DNA of 64,000 bases. It comes from Corallococcus interemptor (lineage in GTDB: Bacteria > Myxococcota > Myxococcia > Myxococcales > Myxococcaceae). This document shows, piece by piece, positions 19,484 through 28,777 of the stretch; within the stretch, counting starts at the first letter, position 1, and every line of letters starts with the position of its first letter. Position numbers and translations under genes: made by a program. The DNA is taken from NCBI RefSeq assembly GCF_042231085.1, contig NZ_CP102579.1; one strand, given 5' to 3'. The notes beneath the pieces were generated by a model. It ran no database searches and was not told where the DNA came from. It was given only the letters and a program-made list of their open reading frames with translations.

Positions 19484-22400
19484 ATGCGTCGACTCACCCT
19501 GCTGGCTGCTCTCTGCCTGTCTGTCCTTGCCTCCTGTTCCCCCGTGGAGCCCGAGGCGCCGGCGTCGCCCGAGACGCTTGGCGAGGCCTCGCGGTCCCAA
19601 TCCCTGACAGTGGTCAAGGATTACTTCCTTGAGCTGACCTGGGACGGAGCCACGAAGTGCCCCACCTGTGATCGCACGACCTATGCGTGCTCGGACAACA
19701 CCGGGAATTGGAACGGGGGCGTCCGGAGCTTCACGGATCCCGTCGCCAAGGGTTGGAGGGTGACTGGCGCGGAGGTGGAGATCATTGGCCGTGGCTACGA
19801 CGGCGGGCTCACGACCGTCCTGCTGAACAGCCAGGTCCTGGGGACCTACGGCATGGCCCCGAATCCCTTCCGCGTGTGCGGTGGCTGCGAGACGCCGGAG
19901 CTCGGCTACAAGGCGCCCGACTCCATGGGGATCCCTGGCTACCGATACGGCGACATCAATACCTTCGCGCTGCGTCCGGAGCGGACCAACTGCATCGCCG
20001 CCGCCCGGATCCGCCTGAGGACGGGGCGGCCCCTGCTCAGGGTCAACCCGACGAGCCTGTCCTTCGGATCGATCGCGGTGGGCGCGTCCGCCTCGCAGAA
20101 GGTGCGGCTGACCAACGAGGGCGTCGTCCCGCTGGTCATCGACGCCATGTCGCTCCCCCTCCCCTTCAAGCTGGCGCCGGTGTCCCTGCCCTTCACGCTC
20201 AAGGAGGGCGCGACCCTGGACGTGACCGTCACGTACGCGCCCACGGCCGACCGCGTTGACTCCGGAATCCTGAGCCTGCTGAGCAACGACCCCGACAACG
20301 GCTCCCTGCCCATCAAGCTCGAGGGCACGGGCGGTGCCCCGAAGCTCGAGCTCGCGCCGACCGCGCTCGACTTCGGCACCGTGCGCGTGGGCGCGAGCAG
20401 CAACCTGCTGCTCCAGGTGAAGAACGTGGGGAGCCTGCCGCTCACGATTCCCGCCGTGCTGACGCAGGCGCCCTTCAGCGTGAGCGGCCTGGCTCCGGGA
20501 GGCAGCGTCGTGCAGCCAGGCACGGTCCTGCCGCTCACGGTGACCTTCAAGGCGACGGCGGGCGCGTTCTCCCTGCCGATGTACATCCAGGCCCAGGGGT
20601 CCGCCACGCCGCTCGCGGAGGTCTCCCTGCGGGGCACGGGCATCGAACCCGCCATCGTCGTGGCGGCGACCGCGATGGACTTCGGTGTGCACACCGCGGG
20701 GGTCGACCCTGTTCGCAAGACGCTGGCGGTCAGCAACACGGGACTGGACGACCTCGTCCTCACCGCCTTCGACGTCGAGGCGCCCTTCACGGTGGAGTCC
20801 GGCCTTCCGCTGACCATCAAGGCCCGGGAACAGGCGAACCTGACGGTGGCCTATGCCCCGGTGGCGGGCCGCGCCGCGAAGGACCTCACCCTGCGGAGCA
20901 ATGATCCGCGCACCCCGGTCGTGAAGGTGGCGCTCACCGGCACGGGCGTGGCGGTCCCCGCGCTCAAGGTCACCGCACCCGATGGTGGTACGGCGCTGGA
21001 CTTCGGCTCGCGCGAGGTCGGCTCCGTGAGCGCGCCCCAGGCCTTGACGCTCAAGAACGAGGGGGCCGGAACGCTGGTGGTGGAGTCCATCCAGGCGCCC
21101 ACGGGCTTCGCGGTCACCCCCGCGGGACGGTTCAGCCTGGCCCCCGGTGCCACGACCCAGGTCCAGGTGACCTTCGAGCCTCCGCATATCGCCCGGTTCG
21201 CACCGGAGCTGCTGCTGAGCGCGGACGGCCCGGGTGGCTCCACCCAGACCGTGCTGCTCAGCGGACAAGGCGTCGAAGGAAAGGTGACCGCCACCCCCTC
21301 GGCGCTGTCCTTCGCGCGGACGGAGGTGGGGAACACCAGCAAGGCGGTGCAGGTGACGATCGTCAATTCGGGGACGGACACGCTCACCATCAGCACCATC
21401 GCGGTGGCGGGGCCGTTCTCGCTGGTGCTCCCGAAGCTGCCGAAGGAGCTCCCGCCGCGCGACGCCTTCACGATGGAGGCGACCTTCGTCCCGGTCGAGG
21501 ACGGCGCCGCGTCCGGCGCGCTCCGCGTGTTCTCGAACGCGCCGTCGTCTCCCACGGTGGTGAAGCTGGACGGTGAGGGGCTCCAGGCCGTCTCCCGGAT
21601 GGCGAGCGACGTGATGGAGTTCGGCGGCCAGCGCGTGGGAGGCCTGAGCGCGCCCCGGGAGCTCACGCTGTTCAACATGGGCAGCGAGTCGCTGAACGTG
21701 ACGGCGGTGAACGTGAGCGGACCGTTCCAGGTGTCAGGGCTCAACGTGGGCACCAGCGTGCCGCCGCTCGGAAACCGCACGTTCCAGGTCAGCTACAAGC
21801 CCACCGAGGCCACCTCGGAGAACGGCGTGCTGGAGGTCCAGAGCAACGCGCCGCGCGCCGCCCAGGTGACGCTGCGGGGCACGGGGACCACGGCCTCGAT
21901 GGAGACGTCCGTGACGGCGCTGACCTTCGGCTCCCAGTTCCTCGGAGGGACCTCGCAGCGCGTCGTGGAGCTGCGCAACACCGGCACGAGCCCCGTCACC
22001 ATCACGGGAGTGGATCCGGTGGACGGGTTCTCCCTGTCGGGGCTCCCGCTGCCCCATGTCGTGGAGCCCCGCACCAGCCACCCCTTCTACGTCGTCTTCG
22101 AGCCACCGCGGCCGGGCGACTACGCGGGGTCGCTCGCGGTGCGGCACGACGCGTCCTCCACGCCGCTGATGGTCGCGGTGCAGGGCACGGGCGTGGCGCA
22201 GGAGCTGACGGTGACGCCCGGCGCCATCGTGTTTGGCAACCAGCGGGTGGACGCCACCAGCCAGCCCCTTTCGTTGGAGCTCGTCAACACGGGCAACGTG
22301 CCCGTCACCGTGCAGGTGACCTCCTCCGATGCCGCCTTCCGTGTGGACATGAGCGCGGCGAGCGGTGCCATCCCGGCCGGGGGCCGCGCCTCCGTCCCGG

Positions 22401-22621
22401 TGACGTTCCACCCGACGCGCACGGGCACGGTGCGCGGCGAGGTCCGCGTGGTGCCGAGCGGAGGCGGACTGGGCCCCACGGTCGTTCCCGTGGAGGGCAT
22501 TGGTGAAGCCGTCACGGTGGAGGGCAGCGGCTGCGCGGTGGGTGGGTCCGGAGGGGTCTGGGTGCTCGCGGCGTGGGTGCTGGCCAGGCGGAGGGCCCGG
22601 CGCGGTCAGCAGACCCGCTAA
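19484..22621 (+). CDS. large surface lipoprotein with tandem choice-of-anchor-D (ASH-like) Ig repeats and MYXO-CTERM
   Basis: ATG 19484 with gagagg RBS. MRRLTLLAALCLSVLASCSP lipoprotein signal. At least eight ~100-aa repeats of the form (L/M)xFGxxxVGxxSxxxxLxLxNxGxxPLxI. The C-terminus GSGCAVGGSGGVWVLAAWVLARRRARRG is a MYXO-CTERM-like sorting signal. Confidence 0.75.
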   Translation: MRRLTLLAALCLSVLASCSPVEPEAPASPETLGEASRSQSLTVVKDYFLELTWDGATKCPTCDRTTYACSDNTGNWNGGVRSFTDPVAKGWRVTGAEVEIIGRGYDGGLTTVLLNSQVLGTYGMAPNPFRVCGGCETPELGYKAPDSMGIPGYRYGDINTFALRPERTNCIAAARIRLRTGRPLLRVNPTSLSFGSIAVGASASQKVRLTNEGVVPLVIDAMSLPLPFKLAPVSLPFTLKEGATLDVTVTYAPTADRVDSGILSLLSNDPDNGSLPIKLEGTGGAPKLELAPTALDFGTVRVGASSNLLLQVKNVGSLPLTIPAVLTQAPFSVSGLAPGGSVVQPGTVLPLTVTFKATAGAFSLPMYIQAQGSATPLAEVSLRGTGIEPAIVVAATAMDFGVHTAGVDPVRKTLAVSNTGLDDLVLTAFDVEAPFTVESGLPLTIKAREQANLTVAYAPVAGRAAKDLTLRSNDPRTPVVKVALTGTGVAVPALKVTAPDGGTALDFGSREVGSVSAPQALTLKNEGAGTLVVESIQAPTGFAVTPAGRFSLAPGATTQVQVTFEPPHIARFAPELLLSADGPGGSTQTVLLSGQGVEGKVTATPSALSFARTEVGNTSKAVQVTIVNSGTDTLTISTIAVAGPFSLVLPKLPKELPPRDAFTMEATFVPVEDGAASGALRVFSNAPSSPTVVKLDGEGLQAVSRMASDVMEFGGQRVGGLSAPRELTLFNMGSESLNVTAVNVSGPFQVSGLNVGTSVPPLGNRTFQVSYKPTEATSENGVLEVQSNAPRAAQVTLRGTGTTASMETSVTALTFGSQFLGGTSQRVVELRNTGTSPVTITGVDPVDGFSLSGLPLPHVVEPRTSHPFYVVFEPPRPGDYAGSLAVRHDASSTPLMVAVQGTGVAQELTVTPGAIVFGNQRVDATSQPLSLELVNTGNVPVTVQVTSSDAAFRVDMSAASGAIPAGGRASVPVTFHPTRTGTVRGEVRVVPSGGGLGPTVVPVEGIGEAVTVEGSGCAVGGSGGVWVLAAWVLARRRARRGQQTR

Positions 22622-22667
22622 CCCCCCGGATGTCCGCGGGGTGCGCCCCCGGGCCCGGTGCGGCCAG

Positions 22668-22692
22668 AACCTGTCCGACTGTCGGACAGGTT
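22668..22692. terminator. perfect 25-bp palindrome between convergent genes (candidate bidirectional terminator or operator)
   Basis: AACCTGTCCGAC-T-GTCGGACAGGTT lies between the 3' ends of the 19484-22621 and 22732-24282 genes. Additional GC hairpins follow (GGGGAGGCCCTCCCC). Confidence 0.35.
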
Positions 22693-22731
22693 TCCGCAGG
22701 GTGCCTCCGCCGGGGAGGCCCTCCCCTGGAC

Positions 22732-24282
22732 TCAGGGGGGAGGAGGCGCGGGGACGGTGCGGGCCGAAGTGGGCTCGCCCAGGGTCAACAGAAGCTCCGC
22801 TCGGCGGTTCTCCCCCCGGCCCGCTGGCGTACCGTTGGAGCCTGCGGGCCGGCGCGCACCGAGGCCCCGGGCTTCCAAGCGGTGAGCTGGAACGCCCTTT
22901 CGCACCAGGTAGTCGCGGACTGCTTCCGCGCGAGCGAGGGACAGACGCTGGTTGGAGGCGGTGGAGCCTTCCGCGTCCGTGTGCCCTTCGATGACGACGC
23001 GCTCCACCTCCGGATGCTCCAGCAGCACCCGCGCCACCTGATCCAGGACGCGAGAGCGCCCCGGCACCGTCGTCACGCCGACCTCGAAGAAGACCTGGCC
23101 ATGGAGGACGAGGCGCTCGCGGGTCAGGGAGACGAGCGAGTCACCAGTCTCCGGGCAGCCGCCGTGTTCGCGGGTCCCCCGCTCGTGGATGCAGGCGTCC
23201 AACACGTCCACGACACCATCGCCGTCCGTGTCGGTCTCGGAGACAGGCTCATCCCTGGCGGGCTCGGGAGGCGGAGGTTCGGAAGGCGTGGGTTCGGGTT
23301 CGAGCTGGGGGGCGGCGGGAGCACGCGGGAGCCCCTGGACCAGCTCGTAGACGATGTCCTCCGGGGGCGGAGGCGGTGGCTTGTCGAAGAGCAGCGCGAA
23401 TCCCGCGAGCACCCGGAAGCGAGGGGCTCCCGGCTCCGCGCCCAGGCCCGCCCCACCCAATGCGAAGAACTCCCAGGGCCGGGAGGGCGCGTAGCGCAGG
23501 CCGCCCAGCAGCTCGCCGCTGGTGCGCTGCTGCCGCCACGAGTACGCGCCGAGCGCCGACACCTCCGCCCGCAGGGCGTACCCCACCGTCAGGCCCACCC
23601 CGGCGCGAAGCTCGTTGCCCACGCCGTTGAGGCTGTCCACGCCGGAGTCCGTCGAGACGGCGTGACGCAGGAGCACGCCCACTTCCAGCGCCGGAGCCAC
23701 GGGCCCCCAGCGCTTGCCCATCATGAGGCGTCCCTGTCCCCGGACGCCCTGGTCGCGAGCGAGCGCCCCCGATCCGCCCACGGGCAACCGCACATCCAGG
23801 TCGAGCGCCAGGTGGAAGGCCTCGGGAGCGGAGGTCCCCAGCAAGCCCAGCCGGGCCGCGAGTCGTGGCGCGCCCAGGCCGCTCCGCGACGGGGAGGAGA
23901 TGGACAGCACGGTGCTCACGTCCGCGCCGCTCTGATGGATGACGCCAGGGAGCTGGGCCTGAAGCTCCAGCCAGGGAAGCACGCCCACGGCCAGCGACAC
24001 CACGCCGGTGGTCCGGGACAGGACGAGCGGGTATTCGTCCGGCCCGTTGCGGACCGTGAGTGACTTCCGCTGGTAGTGCGCCAGCAGGGAGATGCGAAGG
24101 GCTCCAGGTGCGAGCAGCTCCCCGCTGCCCATCGTCAGGGGGCCCAGGCCCGGGTTCGGGTCCAGGCGCTCCAGGGAGAACGTGGGCAGGGGCGTGGCGT
24201 CCTGGGCACGCGCGGGGGATGCGAACAGCAGCAGTCCCAGCGCGGCCCCGCCCACTGCGCATCGGTGCAAGGCCGGACCCAT
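22732..24282 (-). CDS. OmpA-family outer-membrane protein
   Basis: Signal peptide MGPALHRCAVGGAALGLLLFASPARAQD. Thrombospondin-type Ca-binding DTDGDGVVD. C-terminal OmpA_C (HTDAEGSTASNQRLSLARAEAVRDYLV...NRRAEL). The start was chosen at the internal ATG before the signal peptide. Confidence 0.8.
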   Translation of the reverse strand: MGPALHRCAVGGAALGLLLFASPARAQDATPLPTFSLERLDPNPGLGPLTMGSGELLAPGALRISLLAHYQRKSLTVRNGPDEYPLVLSRTTGVVSLAVGVLPWLELQAQLPGVIHQSGADVSTVLSISSPSRSGLGAPRLAARLGLLGTSAPEAFHLALDLDVRLPVGGSGALARDQGVRGQGRLMMGKRWGPVAPALEVGVLLRHAVSTDSGVDSLNGVGNELRAGVGLTVGYALRAEVSALGAYSWRQQRTSGELLGGLRYAPSRPWEFFALGGAGLGAEPGAPRFRVLAGFALLFDKPPPPPPEDIVYELVQGLPRAPAAPQLEPEPTPSEPPPPEPARDEPVSETDTDGDGVVDVLDACIHERGTREHGGCPETGDSLVSLTRERLVLHGQVFFEVGVTTVPGRSRVLDQVARVLLEHPEVERVVIEGHTDAEGSTASNQRLSLARAEAVRDYLVRKGVPAHRLEARGLGARRPAGSNGTPAGRGENRRAELLLTLGEPTSARTVPAPPPP

Positions 24283-24444
24283 GCGCCCATCTTCCGTCAG
24301 GTCCCGCCCGGGGCGAAGGGGAATGGCGGGGAGAAGCTCCATCTCCGCTCGAAGACACGGCCATGCAAATGAGACCGTTGATGTCGAAACGCCCGATGCG
24401 AGCGATGACACCGAAAGGACCAGGGCGGACCTACGACTCCAACG

Positions 24445-25536
24445 TCAGAAGGGGTCGAGCCTCGGGCAGGTACCAGCGAAGGGCTTCATCAACATTCGCA
24501 AGCTTTTTTCGGAGACCCTCCACCAAAGGTACTCAGGATTCATCTTCGCCAAGGCAAGAAAGGGCTCCCAAGCATCAAGCAGCTTGGGGTCCAGTTGTAA
24601 TGCACGGCATGTGTCGCCTGCCATCCGACTGATGATCCCCGCGCCGATGTCGGCAACCTGCACTCCTAGCGAACTCTCCGAGGAGACTTCCATCCGCTCC
24701 AGTAACTGAGTCGCGGGCCCTGGCATGGCAAAGGTGTAATGTGCATCGTCGCGCTCATCGCTCTTCGCCAGCATCAAAGAGAAACTCAAGCTCTCGCCAA
24801 ATTGGCGATCAGTATCTGAGACAATGCGCGCCACTTCGCCTCGCCCGCCCAAATCCTGACTGATGGCCCGGAGCATGATCGCAAACTCCGTGACTGCTGG
24901 CGTAGGACGCTCGCTTCGTGGCGGTGCATCGGGACGAACCAAACCGTAGCGGAACACATTTCCCAGACCTGACTCCACCATCCTCCAGGACTCCGTGACG
25001 CGAGAATCAGGGTGGAGCTTGAGCAACCACACCAGCGACTCACCTACTCGCCGTGTAGCCTCCGGGTCATCCGAACGAATTGCCGACTGCAGGTCCATCA
25101 GCAACTGATCTGGGACAGCATCAAAGACTTTGTTCGTCAGCCACCTGCGCCATCCCGGGCGCTCGGACTCAAGCGGCGCGCTTGGATTCAAATCGACATC
25201 CAAGAAGGTCTCGACCAGAAGATGACAGGCCAAGTATCGCTTTTCGGTAATGCCAAAATAGATCCGAGCCCCAGCGGACAATAATGACTGACCGACAGCG
25301 CGAACCACCTTCAGCCCCATTGTCGTCTTGCCTAGCTTTTGAAACTTCATCTCCCTTTGAAGCAGATCTCGATTTTTGTTCCGCAGGTCCGCGACCACAG
25401 CCTCAAGTTCATGCTCCTGCTCTGAACTCAAGAGGATCAAACAAGTCACAGCAAACGGCTGCTTCGTCTCGAACAGGTCCGCGCCCGTGCCTCCACTCTC
25501 GTCAGAGTAGAGAGTGCGCACCAATGAATTTGACAT
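24445..25536 (-). CDS. hypothetical protein with N-terminal YxDESG motif (DUF3800-like?) in low-GC islet
   Basis: 363 aa. The GC content of this gene is conspicuously lower than the flanks (~50-55% versus ~70%). The N-terminus LYSDESGGTG resembles the acidic motif of DUF3800-type proteins. The family assignment is tentative. Confidence 0.5.
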   Translation of the reverse strand: MSNSLVRTLYSDESGGTGADLFETKQPFAVTCLILLSSEQEHELEAVVADLRNKNRDLLQREMKFQKLGKTTMGLKVVRAVGQSLLSAGARIYFGITEKRYLACHLLVETFLDVDLNPSAPLESERPGWRRWLTNKVFDAVPDQLLMDLQSAIRSDDPEATRRVGESLVWLLKLHPDSRVTESWRMVESGLGNVFRYGLVRPDAPPRSERPTPAVTEFAIMLRAISQDLGGRGEVARIVSDTDRQFGESLSFSLMLAKSDERDDAHYTFAMPGPATQLLERMEVSSESSLGVQVADIGAGIISRMAGDTCRALQLDPKLLDAWEPFLALAKMNPEYLWWRVSEKSLRMLMKPFAGTCPRLDPF

Positions 25537-25704
25537 TAAACAATCCTCTTACTGTCGAGCGAGGGCTGTTCAGGACGATAGAGACCTCCGCACACGTAAA
25601 ACAGGCTCACCCGACACTCACTCGCATGACTCTGTGCCTGCGAGACCCAGGGTGATCCGTACGTCTGCGTCTGTGACGAAATCCGCCTCTCTGCCCTCTT
25701 CATG

Positions 25705-26981
25705 CTGAGGCATCCCCTCATCTGAATCAGATAAGCCCGAAGGCTTCGCGGAACACGGCGTGCTCGCGTACCAACTGACCAAACCGCTCCACCAGCGGGA
25801 GTAGACGTTCATCGCTCATGCGTGGCATGGCCATGAAGTAGTAGGCGCCTTGAGTAAAGAGCGAGTGAGTCCGCTTCTTCACGGTATTTACCTTCAGGTG
25901 CTTGTCATAGCCGAGCGCCTCGCCCGCGGCGCCCAGCAGCGTCAGCAGCACCTGTGCCAGGGCGGAAATGAGCAGCAGTCGATCTCTGCGGTCCGGTGTC
26001 TTCACGCGCACCTGCTTGAGGCCCATGCCAGACTTGAGGTCCTTCACGTCTCGGAAGGTCTCCTCGATGGTGAAGCGGCGGGCGTAGGCGTCCATCACTT
26101 CCTGGGCCGTAGCCTCATTGAAGCTGGTGGACAGGCACCAGGACTCCTTCATCCCCTTGCGCTTCACACACACCACCGCTCCGACTTGGGCCCCTGCCGC
26201 GGTGACGCGTGCGCCCCGCAGCACCTTCGCTCGGCCACCCTCCGGCACCCACTGGGCCGCAGGCTTCGTTTCTCCTTCCTCCGAGGTGACGATTACGTCC
26301 GAGCGGAAGCGCACCACGTACTCGAAGTCGAGCTGCTTCAAGAGCGCGTAGAACTTCGCATCCGCGAAGCCCCGGTCCGCCAGCACCGTCACCTGCACGT
26401 GGGAGGGAATCAACTCCCGCAGCCGCTGGAGGACCAGGTCCTCAGCGAGCTGCCGGTTGCCCGCGGAGGCCGATTTCTCCAGCGTCGTCCATAGCAGCGG
26501 CGTCGCGCGTCCATGACGAGTGACGAGGCTTGCCACCAGGGACTCCTGGTCGTCCTTCTCGAAATCCGTCCAGTCCAGTGCGACGACAGCCTCCGTACGC
26601 TCGGCCAGCACGAACGGCACCCAGGCTCCAAAGAGCTTCCAGACCTCAATGCCCCCATTGGAGAGCAGTCGGTCCACCTGCTTCACCGCGTGCTTGGAGG
26701 TGATGTCCTCGCCTCTCGCCCACGCCATGGCCTTGCCGATTGCCGCGATGGACAGGCTCGCCGCCTGCACCGCGCCTGGCGTCGCGTGCGAGAGGGACAG
26801 GATGCGTTTGACGTGCAGGTCGTCCTCGAACACCTCCGTCAAGAACGACCGCACCTGCTCTTCGTCGATGGCCACCTTGCGCGTCATGGTGGCTGCCTCT
26901 TTGCGCTGACTCCAGCGCCTTCGCACGTAGCCGTCGAGCGAGCGTGTGCTGATCAACTCGCTAGATGAGGGGATCCTTCAG
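25705..26981. mobile_element. IS4-family insertion sequence (1277 bp) with imperfect terminal inverted repeats and 9-bp target-site duplication
   Basis: Left end CTGAGGCATCCCCTCATCTGA. Right end (reverse complement) CTGAAGGATCCCCTCATCTAG, giving ~17/19 identity. Flanked by the direct repeat CTCTTCATG at 25696-25704 and 26982-26990. Contains a single DDE transposase ORF. Confidence 0.75.
25727..26887 (-). CDS. IS4-family DDE transposase
   Basis: MTRKVAIDEEQVRSFL... with DDE-region motifs LDWTDF, VLADRGFADAKFY and a C-terminal YxxRxxIEExF-like (YARRFTIEETFRDVK) signature of IS4/IS5 transposases. Confidence 0.8.
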   Translation of the reverse strand: MTRKVAIDEEQVRSFLTEVFEDDLHVKRILSLSHATPGAVQAASLSIAAIGKAMAWARGEDITSKHAVKQVDRLLSNGGIEVWKLFGAWVPFVLAERTEAVVALDWTDFEKDDQESLVASLVTRHGRATPLLWTTLEKSASAGNRQLAEDLVLQRLRELIPSHVQVTVLADRGFADAKFYALLKQLDFEYVVRFRSDVIVTSEEGETKPAAQWVPEGGRAKVLRGARVTAAGAQVGAVVCVKRKGMKESWCLSTSFNEATAQEVMDAYARRFTIEETFRDVKDLKSGMGLKQVRVKTPDRRDRLLLISALAQVLLTLLGAAGEALGYDKHLKVNTVKKRTHSLFTQGAYYFMAMPRMSDERLLPLVERFGQLVREHAVFREAFGLI

Positions 26982-27013
26982 CTCTTCATGGGCAGAGAGG
27001 TCCGACAATCACA

Positions 27014-27865
27014 TCATTTCCCCGCGCGCTGAGCCGCCTCCAGCGTGTTCTTCATCAGCATGGCAATCGTCATCGGGCCCACCCCACCCGGCACCGGCGT
27101 GATGAACGACGCGCGCTCCGCCGCGGCGGCGAACTCCACGTCCCCCACCAGCTTGCCGTCCGCCTTGCGGTTCATGCCCACGTCAATCACCACCGCGCCG
27201 GGCTTGATCCACGCGCCCTTCACCAGCTCCGGCACGCCCACCGCCACCACCAGGATGTCCGCCTGCGCCACCTCCGACGGCAGGTCGCTCTTGCGGTGGC
27301 ACACCGTCACCGTCGCGTCCTTCTGGAGCAGCATCAGCGCCTGCGGCTTGCCCACGATGTTGCTGCGGCCCACCACCACCGCGCGCTTTCCCGCCGGATT
27401 GCACCCCACCTCCTCCAACAGCCGCATCACCCCGTAGGGCGTGCACGCCCGCGTCGCCGGGCGGCCCAGCAGCAGGTTGCCCGCGTTCATCGGGTGGAAG
27501 CCGTCCGCGTCCTTCTCCGGCTTCACCGCCGCGATGATGGCGTCCGCGTCGATGTGCTTGGGCAACGGCAACTGCACCAGGATGCCGTGCACCGCCGGGT
27601 CCTCGTTCAGCCGGTGCACCAGCGCCAGGAGCTCGGCCTGGGTGATGGTCTCGTCCGGGTGGTGCTCCCAGGAGTTGAAGCCCACCTCCTCGGCGGCCTT
27701 CTTCTTGCCCGTCACGTAGATTTTCGACGCCGGGTCCTCGCCCACGCGCACCACGGCGAGCCCCGGGGTGATGCCGCGCTCCGCCTTCAGGCGCGCCACC
27801 TCCTCCTTGATCTCCGCCCGCACGCGCGCCGCCACTGCCTTGCCGTCAATCAACTGAGCCGTCAT
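27014..27865 (-). CDS. folD: bifunctional methylenetetrahydrofolate dehydrogenase/methenyl-THF cyclohydrolase
   Basis: 283 aa [20 protein letters not shown]...[11 protein letters not shown]...[15 protein letters not shown] is collinear with FolD. The ORF-track N-extension to 28663 is spurious. Confidence 0.9.
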   Translation of the reverse strand: MTAQLIDGKAVAARVRAEIKEEVARLKAERGITPGLAVVRVGEDPASKIYVTGKKKAAEEVGFNSWEHHPDETITQAELLALVHRLNEDPAVHGILVQLPLPKHIDADAIIAAVKPEKDADGFHPMNAGNLLLGRPATRACTPYGVMRLLEEVGCNPAGKRAVVVGRSNIVGKPQALMLLQKDATVTVCHRKSDLPSEVAQADILVVAVGVPELVKGAWIKPGAVVIDVGMNRKADGKLVGDVEFAAAAERASFITPVPGGVGPMTIAMLMKNTLEAAQRAGK

Positions 27866-27916
27866 ACGCCCCACCTTATGCAAGACTGGCCCGGCACAAG
27901 GGAGCGAAGCGAAGGC

Positions 27917-28753
27917 ATGGGCGCGGGAAAAGTTCTCGGGGCGATGTTGGGTCTCATGGCCGGCCTCCTCATTGGCGGCCCCTGGGCCATCGTGCTCGCC
28001 CTCATCGTGGGCACGGGCCTGGGCCACTACTTCGACGAACAGCACGCCGCGCCCCCGGACTTCCCTGAAATCTTCAGCGACTTCCCCGTCACCTTCGAGC
28101 CGCCTCCCAAGCAGGCCCCCCTCTCCCAGGGCCCCGGCGAGTTCCCCATCGTCCAGGCCCCGGACGAGGACCCGCTCGACCGCGACATCACCGCCCTCTT
28201 CGTGGACGTGGCCCGCGCCGACGGCGACATGCGCCGCGAGGAGGTCCGCGAGGTCCGCCGCTACTTCGAGGAGGTCCTCCACGCCGACGCCCACACCGTC
28301 CAGGCCGTGCGCCGCCACCTCAAGGACTTCCTCTCCCACCCCGCCTCCCTGGACGCCCCCGCCGCCCTCGCCTCCTGCCTGGACTCCCTGCCTTCGGGCG
28401 AACGGCTCCGCCTGCTGGACGCCCTCTACGAGATGGCGCTCGCGGACGGCCCCCTCCAGCGCTCCGAACGCGAGGCCCTGAAGCGCATGGCCGAGGGACT
28501 GGACGTCCCCGACGCCAAGGTCCAGGCCCTGGCCGAGCAGCACCTGGGCGACGCCACCGCCCACTACCAGACGCTGGGCCTCCCCCCGGACGCCACCGAC
28601 GCGGAGGTGAAGAGCGCCTACCGCAAGCTCGCCGCCCGCTTCCACCCGGACAAGGCCAGCCACCTGGCGCCCAGGGCCGCCGAGCAGGCCGCCCGCCGGT
28701 TCCAGGCCGTCCGCGACGCCTACGAGGAAATCCGCAGGCTGCGCGGCCTGTAG
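27917..28753 (+). CDS. DjlA-like co-chaperone (TM anchor + TerB-like + C-terminal J domain)
   Basis: N-terminal TM segment [29 protein letters not shown]. Central TerB-like region. C-terminal J domain [31 protein letters not shown]. The internal ATG 27917 is in frame with the longer track ORF. Confidence 0.7.
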   Translation: MGAGKVLGAMLGLMAGLLIGGPWAIVLALIVGTGLGHYFDEQHAAPPDFPEIFSDFPVTFEPPPKQAPLSQGPGEFPIVQAPDEDPLDRDITALFVDVARADGDMRREEVREVRRYFEEVLHADAHTVQAVRRHLKDFLSHPASLDAPAALASCLDSLPSGERLRLLDALYEMALADGPLQRSEREALKRMAEGLDVPDAKVQALAEQHLGDATAHYQTLGLPPDATDAEVKSAYRKLAARFHPDKASHLAPRAAEQAARRFQAVRDAYEEIRRLRGL

Positions 28754-28777
28754 CCCGGGTTAGAAGACAGGAATCCC

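Noticed and set aside
27296-27916. Upstream extension of the DjlA-like ORF (start at 27296)
   Set aside because: It is antisense to folD. The internal ATG at 27917 begins exactly at the TM anchor and has sensible spacing after folD.
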